Position numbers and translations under genes: made by a program. A stretch of 64,000 bases of DNA, taken from the NCBI GenBank assembly GCA_964517585.1, contig CAZFCB010000001.1:1891-65890 (forward strand). Direction: 5' to 3'. The first letter of the stretch is position 1. The number at the start of each line of letters is the position of its first letter. Source of the DNA: an uncultured Candidatus Peribacteria bacterium (lineage in GTDB: Bacteria; Patescibacteriota; Gracilibacteria; Peribacterales; Peribacteraceae). This document shows, in pieces, positions 1 to 9,655 of the stretch. The notes below the pieces were generated by a model. It made no database searches. It had not been told where the DNA came from and was given only the letters and a program-made list of their open reading frames with translations.

Positions 1-380
1 AGTTTCTTGTCACGACCAATACCGGCATTACTCGTCAGGAATATCTTGAGCGCAAGCGAGAAAAAGCGCCTGCGCCCGAAGATGAAGCACCAGAGTTGCA
101 TGACACATCACTTGAATCTCTTAATTTCGAGTCGCTACCATCACCGCTTCCTGACATGAATGACTCCGAGTATCTCCATTTTCTGCAGAACGTACAAAAT
201 GATCCGAAGGCTTTTTTTAAGACGCTTGAAGATGAAATTAAGGCACTCCAAGCTTTAACTGACTACGTAACAGCTACTGATGCTGAACAAACTGTTCTAT
301 CTGACCTGAATACCATGTTTCCTCCAGAAGTACGAAACGGCTGGGATCTCGATGGAATGAATAATGAACATTCGAATTAA
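1..380 (+). CDS. hypothetical protein, 3' fragment (ORF open to the left window edge)
   Basis: Frame 3 is open from nt 3 (FLVTTNTGITRQEYLERKREKAPAPEDE..) to TAA at 378-380. Acidic sequence, no family recognised. Confidence 0.4.
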   Translation, partial: FLVTTNTGITRQEYLERKREKAPAPEDEAPELHDTSLESLNFESLPSPLPDMNDSEYLHFLQNVQNDPKAFFKTLEDEIKALQALTDYVTATDAEQTVLSDLNTMFPPEVRNGWDLDGMNNEHSN

Positions 381-385
381 AAAAA

Positions 386-1609
386 GTGAGTAAAGAAGTG
401 GACGACCGTCCACCCTGTGATACTATACGAGGCATGACAGGATTTGAAATAGCTCTCGGCATCGTCGTGGTCCTCGGAATAGGGGCGAGCCTTGTATTGC
501 AGCTCCGACGTCCCAGCACCGCAGCCGACAGTCATGAAGCGAAAAAAGAGCTCATGAAATTAGAAAAAGAACTAGAAATAGAGAAAGCCGATCACAACAA
601 GCAGGCGGGTGCAAATAAACAGATGTATGCAGAACTCGTACAGGCAAAAGCGAAATTGCAATCGATTGAAAAAGAACGTGACAACCTGCAAACGACTCTG
701 ACAAAGATGGAAACGAAACGCGAACAGCAAGAAAAAGAGTATGCGCGAGGCCTCGAGAAGATCGACGCCGCTGAGCGTGCGCTCAAAGAGGAGCGCCAGC
801 GAGTGCTGGTAAGTGAGGTAGAAGCGAAAAAGCGAGCGGAAGCAGAACGCGATCGGCTGTGGAACGACCATGAAGTGTCCGTTATCTCATCTCTTGTTGA
901 TCTGTGTAAGCAGCCGCACTTGCAATTCAAATCGTACAGTAACAATAATCTCCCTGACGACTTCGATGGCTCACTCAAGCCAGATTTCCTCATCGATTTT
1001 CTGGGCCAATACGTCGTCTTCGATGCGAAAGTAAGCAAGGCTCAGAACCTGCAAACATACATCGATGATCAAGTGAAAAAAACTGCCGAAAAGATGAAGA
1101 AAAACGACAAAATCTATCCGCACATCTTCCTCGTTGTACCAACAGAAGCCGTATCCGAACTCAAGAAACTTGTGTACGCCAAGGACCAGTTCTACTTCTA
1201 CGTTATCTCACGCGAAGCTCTGTCCCCTATTCTTGCGTCTCTCAAGCGCATTTCAACATACGAACTCGCGGAAACATTGGACCCACAGAAGCGCGAGAAC
1301 ATCATCAACGCACTGGCTGAGATGACGACTCAAATCAACATGACGAGTGCAACGTCACTCCTCACGACGAAAAAAGGCATCGAAGTACTCTCAAGACTGC
1401 AGCAAGCAGATCCTGAGCTCGCTTCCGAAGTAGAGCAGAAGAGCAAAGAGAAGACTCTGACTGCATATTCTCCAACGGAGATCAAAAGGTTAGCCAACTC
1501 GATTACTGCGCAGAGCGCAGAAATATCTTCCATCGCTTCTCCAAAAGCATCGATCAAGAAGAGCATGATCGACGCTGCGCAAAACGTGATCTCTCAGAGG
1601 CTTCTCTAG
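386..1609 (+). CDS. rmuC: RmuC-like DNA recombination protein (TM helix, coiled coil, PD-(D/E)XK-like core)
   Basis: GTG start. TM segment GFEIALGIVVVLGIGASLVL, then a long Glu/Lys/Gln coiled coil. LKPDFLIDFLGQYVVFDAKVS .. IFLVVPTE .. VISREALSPIL resembles the RmuC PDxxI..vviDAK / FiPxE core. Confidence 0.6.
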   Translation: MSKEVDDRPPCDTIRGMTGFEIALGIVVVLGIGASLVLQLRRPSTAADSHEAKKELMKLEKELEIEKADHNKQAGANKQMYAELVQAKAKLQSIEKERDNLQTTLTKMETKREQQEKEYARGLEKIDAAERALKEERQRVLVSEVEAKKRAEAERDRLWNDHEVSVISSLVDLCKQPHLQFKSYSNNNLPDDFDGSLKPDFLIDFLGQYVVFDAKVSKAQNLQTYIDDQVKKTAEKMKKNDKIYPHIFLVVPTEAVSELKKLVYAKDQFYFYVISREALSPILASLKRISTYELAETLDPQKRENIINALAEMTTQINMTSATSLLTTKKGIEVLSRLQQADPELASEVEQKSKEKTLTAYSPTEIKRLANSITAQSAEISSIASPKASIKKSMIDAAQNVISQRLL

Positions 1610-1690
1610 CAGACACAAAGAAAAGATATCGGTTCCGCACAGGTCAGCGGTTCTTATTGGTAGTCCCAGTTAGGAGGGTAAAGGGGGTTT

Positions 1691-1739
1691 GGGGGACCTA
1701 GGGAACCGAACAAGGTTCCCTGGTCCCCCAAGAAGAAAA
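1691..1739 (+). other. 16-bp GC-rich stem-loop downstream of the rmuC-like gene (possible U-tract-less terminator)
   Basis: GGGGGACC-t-AGGGAACC gaacaa GGTTCCCT-GGTCCCCC; one bulge; no T-run on either strand. Confidence 0.3.
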
Positions 1740-1808
1740 ATGAAAGCGACACGAAAGATTGTCATGGCATTTTTTGTGTGAAAAAGAGCCAAGAAAATTC
1801 TAGAAAAT

Positions 1809-4085
1809 ATGATACCCTCCCAACCTCTCATGACCCCCGAAAAAGACCCAATCTTTGCAGGCCTCAACGATCAGCAAAAACTGGCTGTTGAAACACTCAA
1901 AGGGCCTGTGCTCATTCTGGCTGGAGCAGGTTCAGGAAAAACCAGAACGATTACACACCGTATCGCACATCTCATCGCGCAAGGGGTTCCTGCATGGCAG
2001 ATCCTTGCCGTGACGTTTACGAACAAAGCCGCAAAAGAATTGAAGGAACGCATCGGACGAATCCTGAAACTTACAGACGCAGCTGGAACAGAAGCTACTC
2101 ACTTGCCAATGTCTGGAACGTTTCACTCCATCTGCGCAAGAATCCTACGACGAGACATCGAACACATAGGACGCAACCGAAGTTTTGTAATCTACGACAC
2201 GGATGATCAACAAAAAGTGGTGCAAAATATCTTGAAGGACATGCACATCACGCCTGAGGAATTAAAGCCCCGTACAGCTCTCGCTCACATCAGCGGATTC
2301 AAATCCGAAGGTGTCCGCCCAGACAAGGCGCGCAGTCGCGGCACATCACATACAGAAGCTCGCATGGCAGACATTTATACGAAATACCAAAAGGCGCTAC
2401 TGGAATCCAACGCACTCGACTTCGATGATCTGCTGATGGAAACCGTTCGCCTTTTCGAGGAGTGTCCGGATGTTCTCGCGAGATATCAGAGTACGTGGAA
2501 ATTTATTCACGTCGACGAGTACCAAGATACGAACCATCCGCAGTACCAGTTCATCAGCATGCTGTCTGCGAGCCACGGTAATCTCTGTGTCATCGGTGAT
2601 CCGGACCAGTCCATTTACTCATTCCGTGGCGCCGACATCAGAAATATTCTAGATTTTCAGCGAGAATATCCGGGTGCAGTCAGCATCAAGCTCGAACGGA
2701 ACTACCGCTCCACGCAACAGATTCTCGACGCAGCCGATGCCATCATCTCTGCAAATCCGAACCGTCCTGAGAAGAAAATGTGGACCGACCAAAAAGATGG
2801 TGCCAAAGTGAGCCTTCAAGAAGTGACTGATGAGAGACGAGAATCCGAGGTTGCGGTGAAGAATATCCTCACGTACAAAGCGCAGGGCATTGCGTTTTCT
2901 GACCAAGTCATCCTCTACCGGACGAATGCTCAATCACGCCTGTTCGAAGAAGCGTGTTTGCGCGCCTCCGTTCCATATCGCATTCTCGGCGGACTCAAAT
3001 TCTATGCACGCAAAGAAGTGAAAGATGTTCTCGCGTACCTTTTTACCGTGCTCAACCCATCGGACACCATTTCGCTGCTGAGGATTATCAATGTCCCCTC
3101 TCGGAAAATTGGTGACACAACGATGGCACGACTTCAGAATTTCTGTAACGAACGAGGCGTAAGCCTTTGGCAGTCCTTGAAACATATTGAGATGGTCGAT
3201 GGCATCAGTGAAGGCGTAAAAAATCGCATCGCCGACTTCACGGTACTCATCGAAAATCTGCAACAGATCTCGAAAGCTTCTCCGGTAAGCCATGTAGCTG
3301 CATCAGTCATCAAGAGAACTGGCATGGAAAAATGGGTGAGAGATGACACCGAAGAAGGTGAAACAAGATGGGAAAACATCTTAGAACTTCTGTCAGTCAC
3401 GAAGAAATATGACAATCTGCCTCCGGAAGAATCCATCACAAGCTTTCTCGAAGAAGTCGCGCTTATTAGTGAGGTCGACAAGCTTGATGTTGGTAACCAC
3501 GATGCCGTCACACTCATGACCTTGCATCTCTGCAAAGGCCTCGAGTTTGATTGCGTTACTGTTGCGGGTTGTGAAGAAGGCCTGCTTCCACATAGTTCTT
3601 CGCTCATGGACCGAACTCAAATGGAAGAAGAGCGCAGACTCCTCTATGTAGGAATGACACGCGCCAAGAAGCACCTACGCTTGCTGCACGCAACAAGCCG
3701 TACGCTGTGGGGAAATAATCAGAACAATGCAAGAAGCCGTTTTCTTGATGACATCCCACTCAGTATCATCGACGTACAGAGTGAAGAAATTTCGAGTAAA
3801 TACGGATGGCTTACGAGTAGTGCGCCGGAGAAATCTTGGTGGAAACCAGCGGCACCAAAAAATGAATTTACACAGGAAACGACAAGTGATGATGTAAACC
3901 AAGACTGGCTTGGACACGTCGAAGAAATGATTGATGAAGGCACGAAGATCGAACACCGCACACTCGGAGCAGGCACTGTCTTGAGCAAAAGTGGCGACAT
4001 CGTCGAAGTGCGATTCGAGAGCGGTCAGACCAAACGTCTGGCTCTCGGCATTGCGCCGATCAAGATCGTCGCGCGAATAGAGTAG
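1809..4085 (+). CDS. uvrD: ATP-dependent DNA helicase UvrD/PcrA
   Basis: Walker A AGAGSGKTRTITHRIAHL, DEYQDTN, YRSTQQIL, LYRTNAQSR, TLHLCKGLEFD, LLYVGMTRAK. 758 aa. Confidence 0.93.
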   Translation: MIPSQPLMTPEKDPIFAGLNDQQKLAVETLKGPVLILAGAGSGKTRTITHRIAHLIAQGVPAWQILAVTFTNKAAKELKERIGRILKLTDAAGTEATHLPMSGTFHSICARILRRDIEHIGRNRSFVIYDTDDQQKVVQNILKDMHITPEELKPRTALAHISGFKSEGVRPDKARSRGTSHTEARMADIYTKYQKALLESNALDFDDLLMETVRLFEECPDVLARYQSTWKFIHVDEYQDTNHPQYQFISMLSASHGNLCVIGDPDQSIYSFRGADIRNILDFQREYPGAVSIKLERNYRSTQQILDAADAIISANPNRPEKKMWTDQKDGAKVSLQEVTDERRESEVAVKNILTYKAQGIAFSDQVILYRTNAQSRLFEEACLRASVPYRILGGLKFYARKEVKDVLAYLFTVLNPSDTISLLRIINVPSRKIGDTTMARLQNFCNERGVSLWQSLKHIEMVDGISEGVKNRIADFTVLIENLQQISKASPVSHVAASVIKRTGMEKWVRDDTEEGETRWENILELLSVTKKYDNLPPEESITSFLEEVALISEVDKLDVGNHDAVTLMTLHLCKGLEFDCVTVAGCEEGLLPHSSSLMDRTQMEEERRLLYVGMTRAKKHLRLLHATSRTLWGNNQNNARSRFLDDIPLSIIDVQSEEISSKYGWLTSSAPEKSWWKPAAPKNEFTQETTSDDVNQDWLGHVEEMIDEGTKIEHRTLGAGTVLSKSGDIVEVRFESGQTKRLALGIAPIKIVARIE

Positions 4086-4110
4086 AGACGCGCGAATCGC
4101 ACGTCTCTAC
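4082..4110. terminator. 9-bp hairpin between convergent uvrD and the SLH-protein gene
   Basis: GTAGAGACG cgcgaatcgca CGTCTCTAC directly after the uvrD stop; no clear U-tract. Confidence 0.35.
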
Positions 4111-4127
4111 AGGAAATTCAGCCCCGA

Positions 4128-5789
4128 TTAATATTTGTAATACGTTCCGAGTGCAAGCGGCGCATCCAATGCGACCCACGTATAAACGGATGTGCCGTCT
4201 GTCCATGTTACAGCTCCAGCGGTTGATGATGACCCAGGCTGATTGAGCGTCAGACGCAGAGATGCATGAGATGCATCCTCTGCTGTGATGTCGCCGTACA
4301 TGACGATCGTCCGCGGCTGTTCAGCGAGAGATCCAATACTCTCCGGAATAGAGCTACAGGTAACAGTATTCTGATTCACAAGACAGTTCGTACGATCTGG
4401 AATTCCAGCTGTACCAATCTTGACGTTCGTCAGTTGAACGTTACCCGTCTGCTCTATCTCAAAGACTAGTTTGGACATGTGAATCTTGGCGCTTGCATCA
4501 GTGGTGCGACCTGCAAATGTGTAGGAACCGATGAGTCGATTCGTGCCCGTGACAAGAGCAGCGTTAGGCGAAAGAGCATTCGCAATAGACGTAATAGTCG
4601 AACGCGAAGTGATAAAAGCCTGGAAAGAATCGCTCAACGACGATTGTTTCATGTACCCACGGTTGCTCCATGCGCCATCCCCTTCAATGCTGACTAAGCT
4701 GATTTGCACTGTCTGTCCACCGAGTCCACCTGCGTCCTTGGATGAAAGTTGTGCACGAAAGTAGACCGTACGCTCTTCACGCTTGCCAACTGTGAATGTG
4801 CCCACCGGTATGTCGAGTCGATAGTGTCGATTCGTAGGAGAAGACGTCGAATTCAACGTTGCACGACCGAGGTATCGTTGCTGATCGTCGTACACAAGAA
4901 GTGATTGGACGGTAGGGACGTCCGTAGTCAGGTCAACAGAAATTGAGGAAACATTAAGAGGCTCTTCTTCAAGAAAAAACTTTGCAGCACCAATCACTGG
5001 ACTCGTTTCACCAAGCAATAAAAACTGAGACCTTACGACAGTATTCGCAATGGGATCACGGGGGAGACTTCGAAGACTCGACGACGAACTAGACCACCCA
5101 ACGGACGATGAGGAGCTGCTGACAGAAGATGATGTGGAATGTGCAGAAGACGTCGATGAAGAATACAGGCCTGATTCAGCCATTCGAAGCTCGGTCAACT
5201 GCCCTTTGGATTGGGCAAAGAAAGCAGCGGCAAGACGCGTGGCCATTCCGCGAGTGAGCGGACGATCGAGATCAATAGTGATCGGTAAATCTACTTTCAG
5301 TCCTGCGGCAGCTTGGTAATATTTCTCTGCCCAATGTCCTGATGCTCCGGATGTCACGTCATACCCGAAAAGAAGTGTCAGCATTTTTAGTGCTTCGCCA
5401 TACGTCACCGTATATTCCGGATGGAATTTGCCGTCACCAAAGCCTAGCACGATGTTCTGGCGGAACGCTGTACAAACGTAAGGGGTAAACCATTGCCCCT
5501 CCCGAACGTCAGGGAAACATTGCTCTTGTGAAGAAGTGCGGGCAACGCCTGCCGCTGTCATCGCAATTTTCAGGAATTCTGCCCTGTTGATGAGGCGTGT
5601 GGGACCAAAGCGATTGAGGGCATAACCGTTAACAATCCCCTCGCGTGTGAGTAAGTTAATCCCGGCGGCTTCAAAGCTGTTCGTACGAACATCCGTATAG
5701 AAACGTGCAGGCTGTATGGTGATGGCCGAAGCTACTAATGGCAGAGCTGTTAGAGCTGCAATGACGGAGAGTAAAATTTTTGATTTCAT
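4128..5789 (-). CDS. secreted SLH-domain surface protein with poly-Ser linker
   Basis: Signal peptide MKSKILLSVIAALTALPLVASA. SLH-like repeats (FTDV..AAGINLLTREGIVNGY, FPDVREGQWFTPYVCTAFRQNIVLGFGDGKFHP). Ser-rich linker SSSTSSAHSTSSSVSSSSSS, then a beta-rich C-terminal half. The track ORF extends to 5834. Confidence 0.7.
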   Translation of the reverse strand: MKSKILLSVIAALTALPLVASAITIQPARFYTDVRTNSFEAAGINLLTREGIVNGYALNRFGPTRLINRAEFLKIAMTAAGVARTSSQEQCFPDVREGQWFTPYVCTAFRQNIVLGFGDGKFHPEYTVTYGEALKMLTLLFGYDVTSGASGHWAEKYYQAAAGLKVDLPITIDLDRPLTRGMATRLAAAFFAQSKGQLTELRMAESGLYSSSTSSAHSTSSSVSSSSSSVGWSSSSSSLRSLPRDPIANTVVRSQFLLLGETSPVIGAAKFFLEEEPLNVSSISVDLTTDVPTVQSLLVYDDQQRYLGRATLNSTSSPTNRHYRLDIPVGTFTVGKREERTVYFRAQLSSKDAGGLGGQTVQISLVSIEGDGAWSNRGYMKQSSLSDSFQAFITSRSTITSIANALSPNAALVTGTNRLIGSYTFAGRTTDASAKIHMSKLVFEIEQTGNVQLTNVKIGTAGIPDRTNCLVNQNTVTCSSIPESIGSLAEQPRTIVMYGDITAEDASHASLRLTLNQPGSSSTAGAVTWTDGTSVYTWVALDAPLALGTYYKY

Positions 5790-5834
5790 AACGAGGAATG
5801 TGAATGATGAGTAAAGTGGTGCATACTCACACAT

Positions 5835-6641
5835 ATGATAGACGAAACAATGAAGAATTTATTACGAAAATACGGTATTCGATTGAATACTGATGCAGGA
5901 CAACATTTTCTTCGTGATGATGATGTCCTTGCAGAAATCGTATGCGCGGCTGATTTGAGCCCAAAAGACCGTGTTTGGGAAATAGGGCCCGGTATTGGTG
6001 TACTCACCGCAGAGCTCGTGAAACGCGCTGCCCACGTGACATCAGTCGAGATCGACCCCCGCTTCCCTCCTCTTATTCGCGAATATACGGAAAACGCCAA
6101 GAATCTTGATATCATCGTTGGGAGCGCACTGGACACCAAAACTCCTACGGATGGCCCGTATAAAGTTGTGGCAAATATTCCGTATCACATCACGTCTCCC
6201 CTGTTACATCATCTCTTCATGGAATCAGCCATTCTGCCAACGTCGATCACATTCCTCATTCAACGAGAGGTAGCTGAAAATATCGCTTCAAAAAACTCTG
6301 ATAGCATCTTAACCGTCCTCACGCGCCTGTATGGTGAGCCATCACTACTTAGACTCGTATCACCAGAAGCATTTTTACCACCGCCAAATGTGGACTCAGC
6401 CGTACTACACATCAAGTGTTATCAAAGACCAAAAGTAGACATAGATACTGCGCAGAAAGTACTGAATCTTGCTAAGCACGCGATGAGTAAAAGGCGAAAA
6501 ATGCTCAGTAATTCGATTGGTGAATTACCGCAGGGGATGGAATCGCTCGCAGCAGTGAAGATCGACCATACTCGGAGACCACAGACACTGAAGATCGATG
6601 AGTGGATTGCACTCGAAGCGGAATTAGCAAAGCATCGATGA
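5835..6641 (+). CDS. rsmA: 16S rRNA (adenine1518/1519-N6)-dimethyltransferase
   Basis: GQHFL, EIGPGIGVLT SAM motif, NIPYHITSPLL. 268 aa. Confidence 0.92.
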   Translation: MIDETMKNLLRKYGIRLNTDAGQHFLRDDDVLAEIVCAADLSPKDRVWEIGPGIGVLTAELVKRAAHVTSVEIDPRFPPLIREYTENAKNLDIIVGSALDTKTPTDGPYKVVANIPYHITSPLLHHLFMESAILPTSITFLIQREVAENIASKNSDSILTVLTRLYGEPSLLRLVSPEAFLPPPNVDSAVLHIKCYQRPKVDIDTAQKVLNLAKHAMSKRRKMLSNSIGELPQGMESLAAVKIDHTRRPQTLKIDEWIALEAELAKHR

Positions 6642-8053
6642 AAACCATGAAACCGACGCTCGGCTTTTTGCTATCGTGTATCACCGTGCTTTTTTTCCTG
6701 CGCTTCTGGCAGGAAGTTCAATACCCATTGCCTCTATACGCCTTCCTGATAGGATCGTTGGCACTTGTATTGTTGTATGCTGTGTCTCAAAAACGAACAA
6801 CACCATGGATACTCGCGGCGATCATCTTCGGCACACTCTGTGCATTCGCTCTTGCAGAGCGCACACAACACGTCACCACTGCTTCTGACATAGAATCATT
6901 CGCTGACGGAAAAACACATACCCTTCATGGTTGGATCATCGAAGATCCAGATGTACGGCCAACCCAGACGCGTCTGGTCATCGCAGTCGACTCACTCGAT
7001 GACAAAGTGAAAGCAACTGGTCGTGTTCTTGTCACAGAATATGGAGGCTATCCTCCGCATCGCTACGGTGACGAAGTTACGATCAGTGGAAAATTGCGTC
7101 TGCCAGAAGTCATCCAAGGCTTCGACTATCCGCATTACCTCGAACTCTCCGGTATTCGGGCTCTCATAACTCGTGGCACGGTGAAACCTGTCAAAACCAA
7201 TGCTGTACGAGTATCAGGCACGCGAACATGGGAAGTCTTTGGCCTCCTGTATGACCTGCGTAAATCTATCGAAGATCGTATCGGCGTCATTCTTCCAGAG
7301 CCTCATGCATCACTGCTCGCAGGTTTACTGACAGGCTCGCGTCGGGGGCTACCGCAACATCTCTTGGATGATTTTCGGACGTCAGGCATCACGCATATTA
7401 TCGCGATCTCTGGATACAACATCACAATTATTCTGACACTCCTGAGTAGTGCGCTTTTTTGGCTTCCAGTGAAACGGAGATTTTGGCCACTTGTCATCAT
7501 GGTCAGTGCGTTTACGATCTTTGTCGGAGCTGGAGCACCTGTGCTCCGAGCTGCGATTATGGGTATTCTTGGACTCTTGGCACTACAAACAGAACGTATT
7601 GCAGTTCCTCGGCTCACAATTCTTTGGACAGCGTTTTTCATGATTCTGTGGAACCCGTTGCAACTCTGGTACGACGCCAGTTTCCAACTCTCATTCCTCG
7701 CGGTGATCGGAATCACCGAATTCAGTCCGTACCTCAAAAAAGTTTTTTCTCGCGTCCCCGAAACGTTCGCAATCCGAGAATCACTCATCGCGACACTCGC
7801 TGCACAAGCAGGAACTCTCCCTGTCTCCATTCTCATTTTCAAACAATTGTCAGTTGTCTCGCCGATCACGAATATTTTAGTTGCCCCTCTCATTCCGCTT
7901 GGCATGCTGCTTGGCACACTTTCGGTTCTACTGAGCCTCCTGTGGACACCGCTTGCACTCATTACCGGCTACGTCACGTGGTCGATCTTGCAAGCCATCA
8001 TACTCATCGCAAAGATCGGCGCCATGCTGCCGCTTGCAACAATCCGCTGGTGA
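6638..8053 (+). CDS. comEC: ComEC/Rec2 family competence membrane protein (no C-terminal metallo-beta-lactamase domain)
   Basis: ATGA overlap with the rsmA stop. Multi-TM protein with ITHIIAISGYNITIIL (ComEC HxxAISGxH-type motif). The track ORF starts at 6602. Confidence 0.8.
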   Translation: MKTMKPTLGFLLSCITVLFFLRFWQEVQYPLPLYAFLIGSLALVLLYAVSQKRTTPWILAAIIFGTLCAFALAERTQHVTTASDIESFADGKTHTLHGWIIEDPDVRPTQTRLVIAVDSLDDKVKATGRVLVTEYGGYPPHRYGDEVTISGKLRLPEVIQGFDYPHYLELSGIRALITRGTVKPVKTNAVRVSGTRTWEVFGLLYDLRKSIEDRIGVILPEPHASLLAGLLTGSRRGLPQHLLDDFRTSGITHIIAISGYNITIILTLLSSALFWLPVKRRFWPLVIMVSAFTIFVGAGAPVLRAAIMGILGLLALQTERIAVPRLTILWTAFFMILWNPLQLWYDASFQLSFLAVIGITEFSPYLKKVFSRVPETFAIRESLIATLAAQAGTLPVSILIFKQLSVVSPITNILVAPLIPLGMLLGTLSVLLSLLWTPLALITGYVTWSILQAIILIAKIGAMLPLATIRW

Positions 8054-8056
8054 TGA

Positions 8057-8614
8057 TCAAAACTGATACACAAGCACATTCGTCCCACCCCAAAATGGCA
8101 TCTTCACAAAAACTTTTTTCATAGGCTCCTTCTTCTTAAAAGAAAAAGTATTGGAAATAACTTTCGCACCCGGACGTAATTCTTTCTCCAGCTTCGGCAG
8201 AAGCTTCTGCATGATATCAATAGAGAGATAGGTAAAAACAATGTCTGCATGTGAAAAATCTTCTTGAAAGAAATTTTTCATTCTCATCTCTGGCTTACTG
8301 CGACTAAAAAGATTGCAAAATTTTGCAAGCAACCACACACCAAACGCACCCTCATATCCTACTGCCGTGATGCCAGGATTTCTACGCATCGCCCGACGAA
8401 CGACTCGTCCGTCACCAGCACCCAGATCCACCGCAAGCATGCCTGGCTTCAAGTTAGCCTCCCGAATCATCGCCTCGATGACAGGAGCAGGCGTCGGTAC
8501 AAATGGCACCATGTGCTTCAGATGAAACAGGGAGCTCACCATCACAAGGACAAGGAAACTAACGAGAAACAACAGAAAAAGCCCAAGGATGATGGTGACG
8601 ATGATGTGGCTCAC
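8057..8614 (-). CDS. membrane-anchored class I SAM-dependent methyltransferase
   Basis: N-terminal TM helix. AVDLGAGDGRVV glycine-rich SAM motif. Confidence 0.65.
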   Translation of the reverse strand: MSHIIVTIILGLFLLFLVSFLVLVMVSSLFHLKHMVPFVPTPAPVIEAMIREANLKPGMLAVDLGAGDGRVVRRAMRRNPGITAVGYEGAFGVWLLAKFCNLFSRSKPEMRMKNFFQEDFSHADIVFTYLSIDIMQKLLPKLEKELRPGAKVISNTFSFKKKEPMKKVFVKMPFWGGTNVLVYQF

Positions 8615-9009
8615 GCGAGAACGAGACCCAAGTACGTGAAGAGTGCACCGAGGATAACCATGACAAAGCCGGTAAACATCTGCATGGCTGAGCTATCCAA
8701 AAGTGAGTCTTCTATTTTTTCACGGAACGTACCGAATGTTTTTGGCCACCATGACATGAACAGACCCTTGAAGAGTGTGATCCACGCGATGAGGACAATG
8801 GCACCTTCTCCGTCTCCGGTGACAGCGTGTTGACGCTTCAGCGTCGTGACGGCAAGAGAGATAACGAAAACGCCGATGAGGCGCAGTATGTTCTCATCTT
8901 TGAGAAACTTGCGCCTCCAGGCCAAGTGCTTCTCATCCGAGAAGACGAGAGGAAAGCCGAAGACATAGAAGAAAACGCCAATAATGAGAGAGAAGCTGGA
9001 GAGAGACAT
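8611..9009 (-). CDS. hypothetical 4-TM membrane protein
   Basis: 4-nt overlap with the downstream methyltransferase gene. Hydrophobic segments from MSLSSFSLIIGVFFYVFG. The N-terminal extension of the track ORF (to 9120) is not protein-like. Confidence 0.5.
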   Translation of the reverse strand: MSLSSFSLIIGVFFYVFGFPLVFSDEKHLAWRRKFLKDENILRLIGVFVISLAVTTLKRQHAVTGDGEGAIVLIAWITLFKGLFMSWWPKTFGTFREKIEDSLLDSSAMQMFTGFVMVILGALFTYLGLVLA

Positions 9010-9181
9010 GAAGGGTGGTGAAGATTGTCTTCTATTGTTTTCTTTTTGGGCATAATTGACAATTGACAGGGAGCAATTGAGAATTGCAAAGCTCTTTGAC
9101 AGGAAAGTGACAGTAGGCAAATCGGTGACTAGTCAGTACGGTTTTTTCCTACTACACTTTCCACTCGCACCGTGCGCTTCC

Positions 9182-9256
9182 GGCCCCATCGTCTAATGGT
9201 TAGGACAGCGGGTTTTCAATCCGTTAACGGGAGTTCAATTCTCCCTGGGGCTGCCA
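9182..9256 (+). tRNA. tRNA-Glu (anticodon UUC), CCA encoded
   Basis: Cloverleaf folded by hand. Acceptor GGCCCCA/TGGGGCT, D arm GTCT-AATGGTTA-GGAC, anticodon arm GCGGG-TTTTCAA-TCCGT, T arm GGGAG-TTCAATT-CTCCC, then G-CCA. Confidence 0.9.
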
Positions 9257-9655
9257 CTCGACTCGGCGCTACGCGCCTCGCTCGTGGTCTTCGCGACTCC
9301 GTCGCTTCGACCTGCCTTTAGCGTGCCGAGGCGAGTGCCTCGAGCGTATCCGAACGAAGTGAGGATAAGCCGAGAGGCTACCGTAGGCCTTGAACAAAGC
9401 CGAATGGAAGGCTCTTACTTCACCAATCGAAAGCCTCAAACTCAAGGCTCCATCACTCTGAAAAAGAAAGTTACACAGCAGTAAGAGCATTCTTGTTTTG
9501 TTGTTTAGACTCAAACCGTAATACTTTTATAGCCTTAGACCACTCCAGCAGTACATCAATAACAGAGCTTCGGATATCAATCTGTAGTACTGCCACATTC
9601 AGAAATCAACCAACAGACATAGGCTACGTAATAATAAACGAATACAATCTAAAGC

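Noticed and set aside
9182-9655. Integrated mobile element or genomic island at tRNA-Glu.
   Set aside because: No integrase, recombinase, phage or transposase gene follows either tRNA. I found no direct repeat of the tRNA 3' end downstream. Only the unexplained non-coding stretch remains, and it is reported separately.
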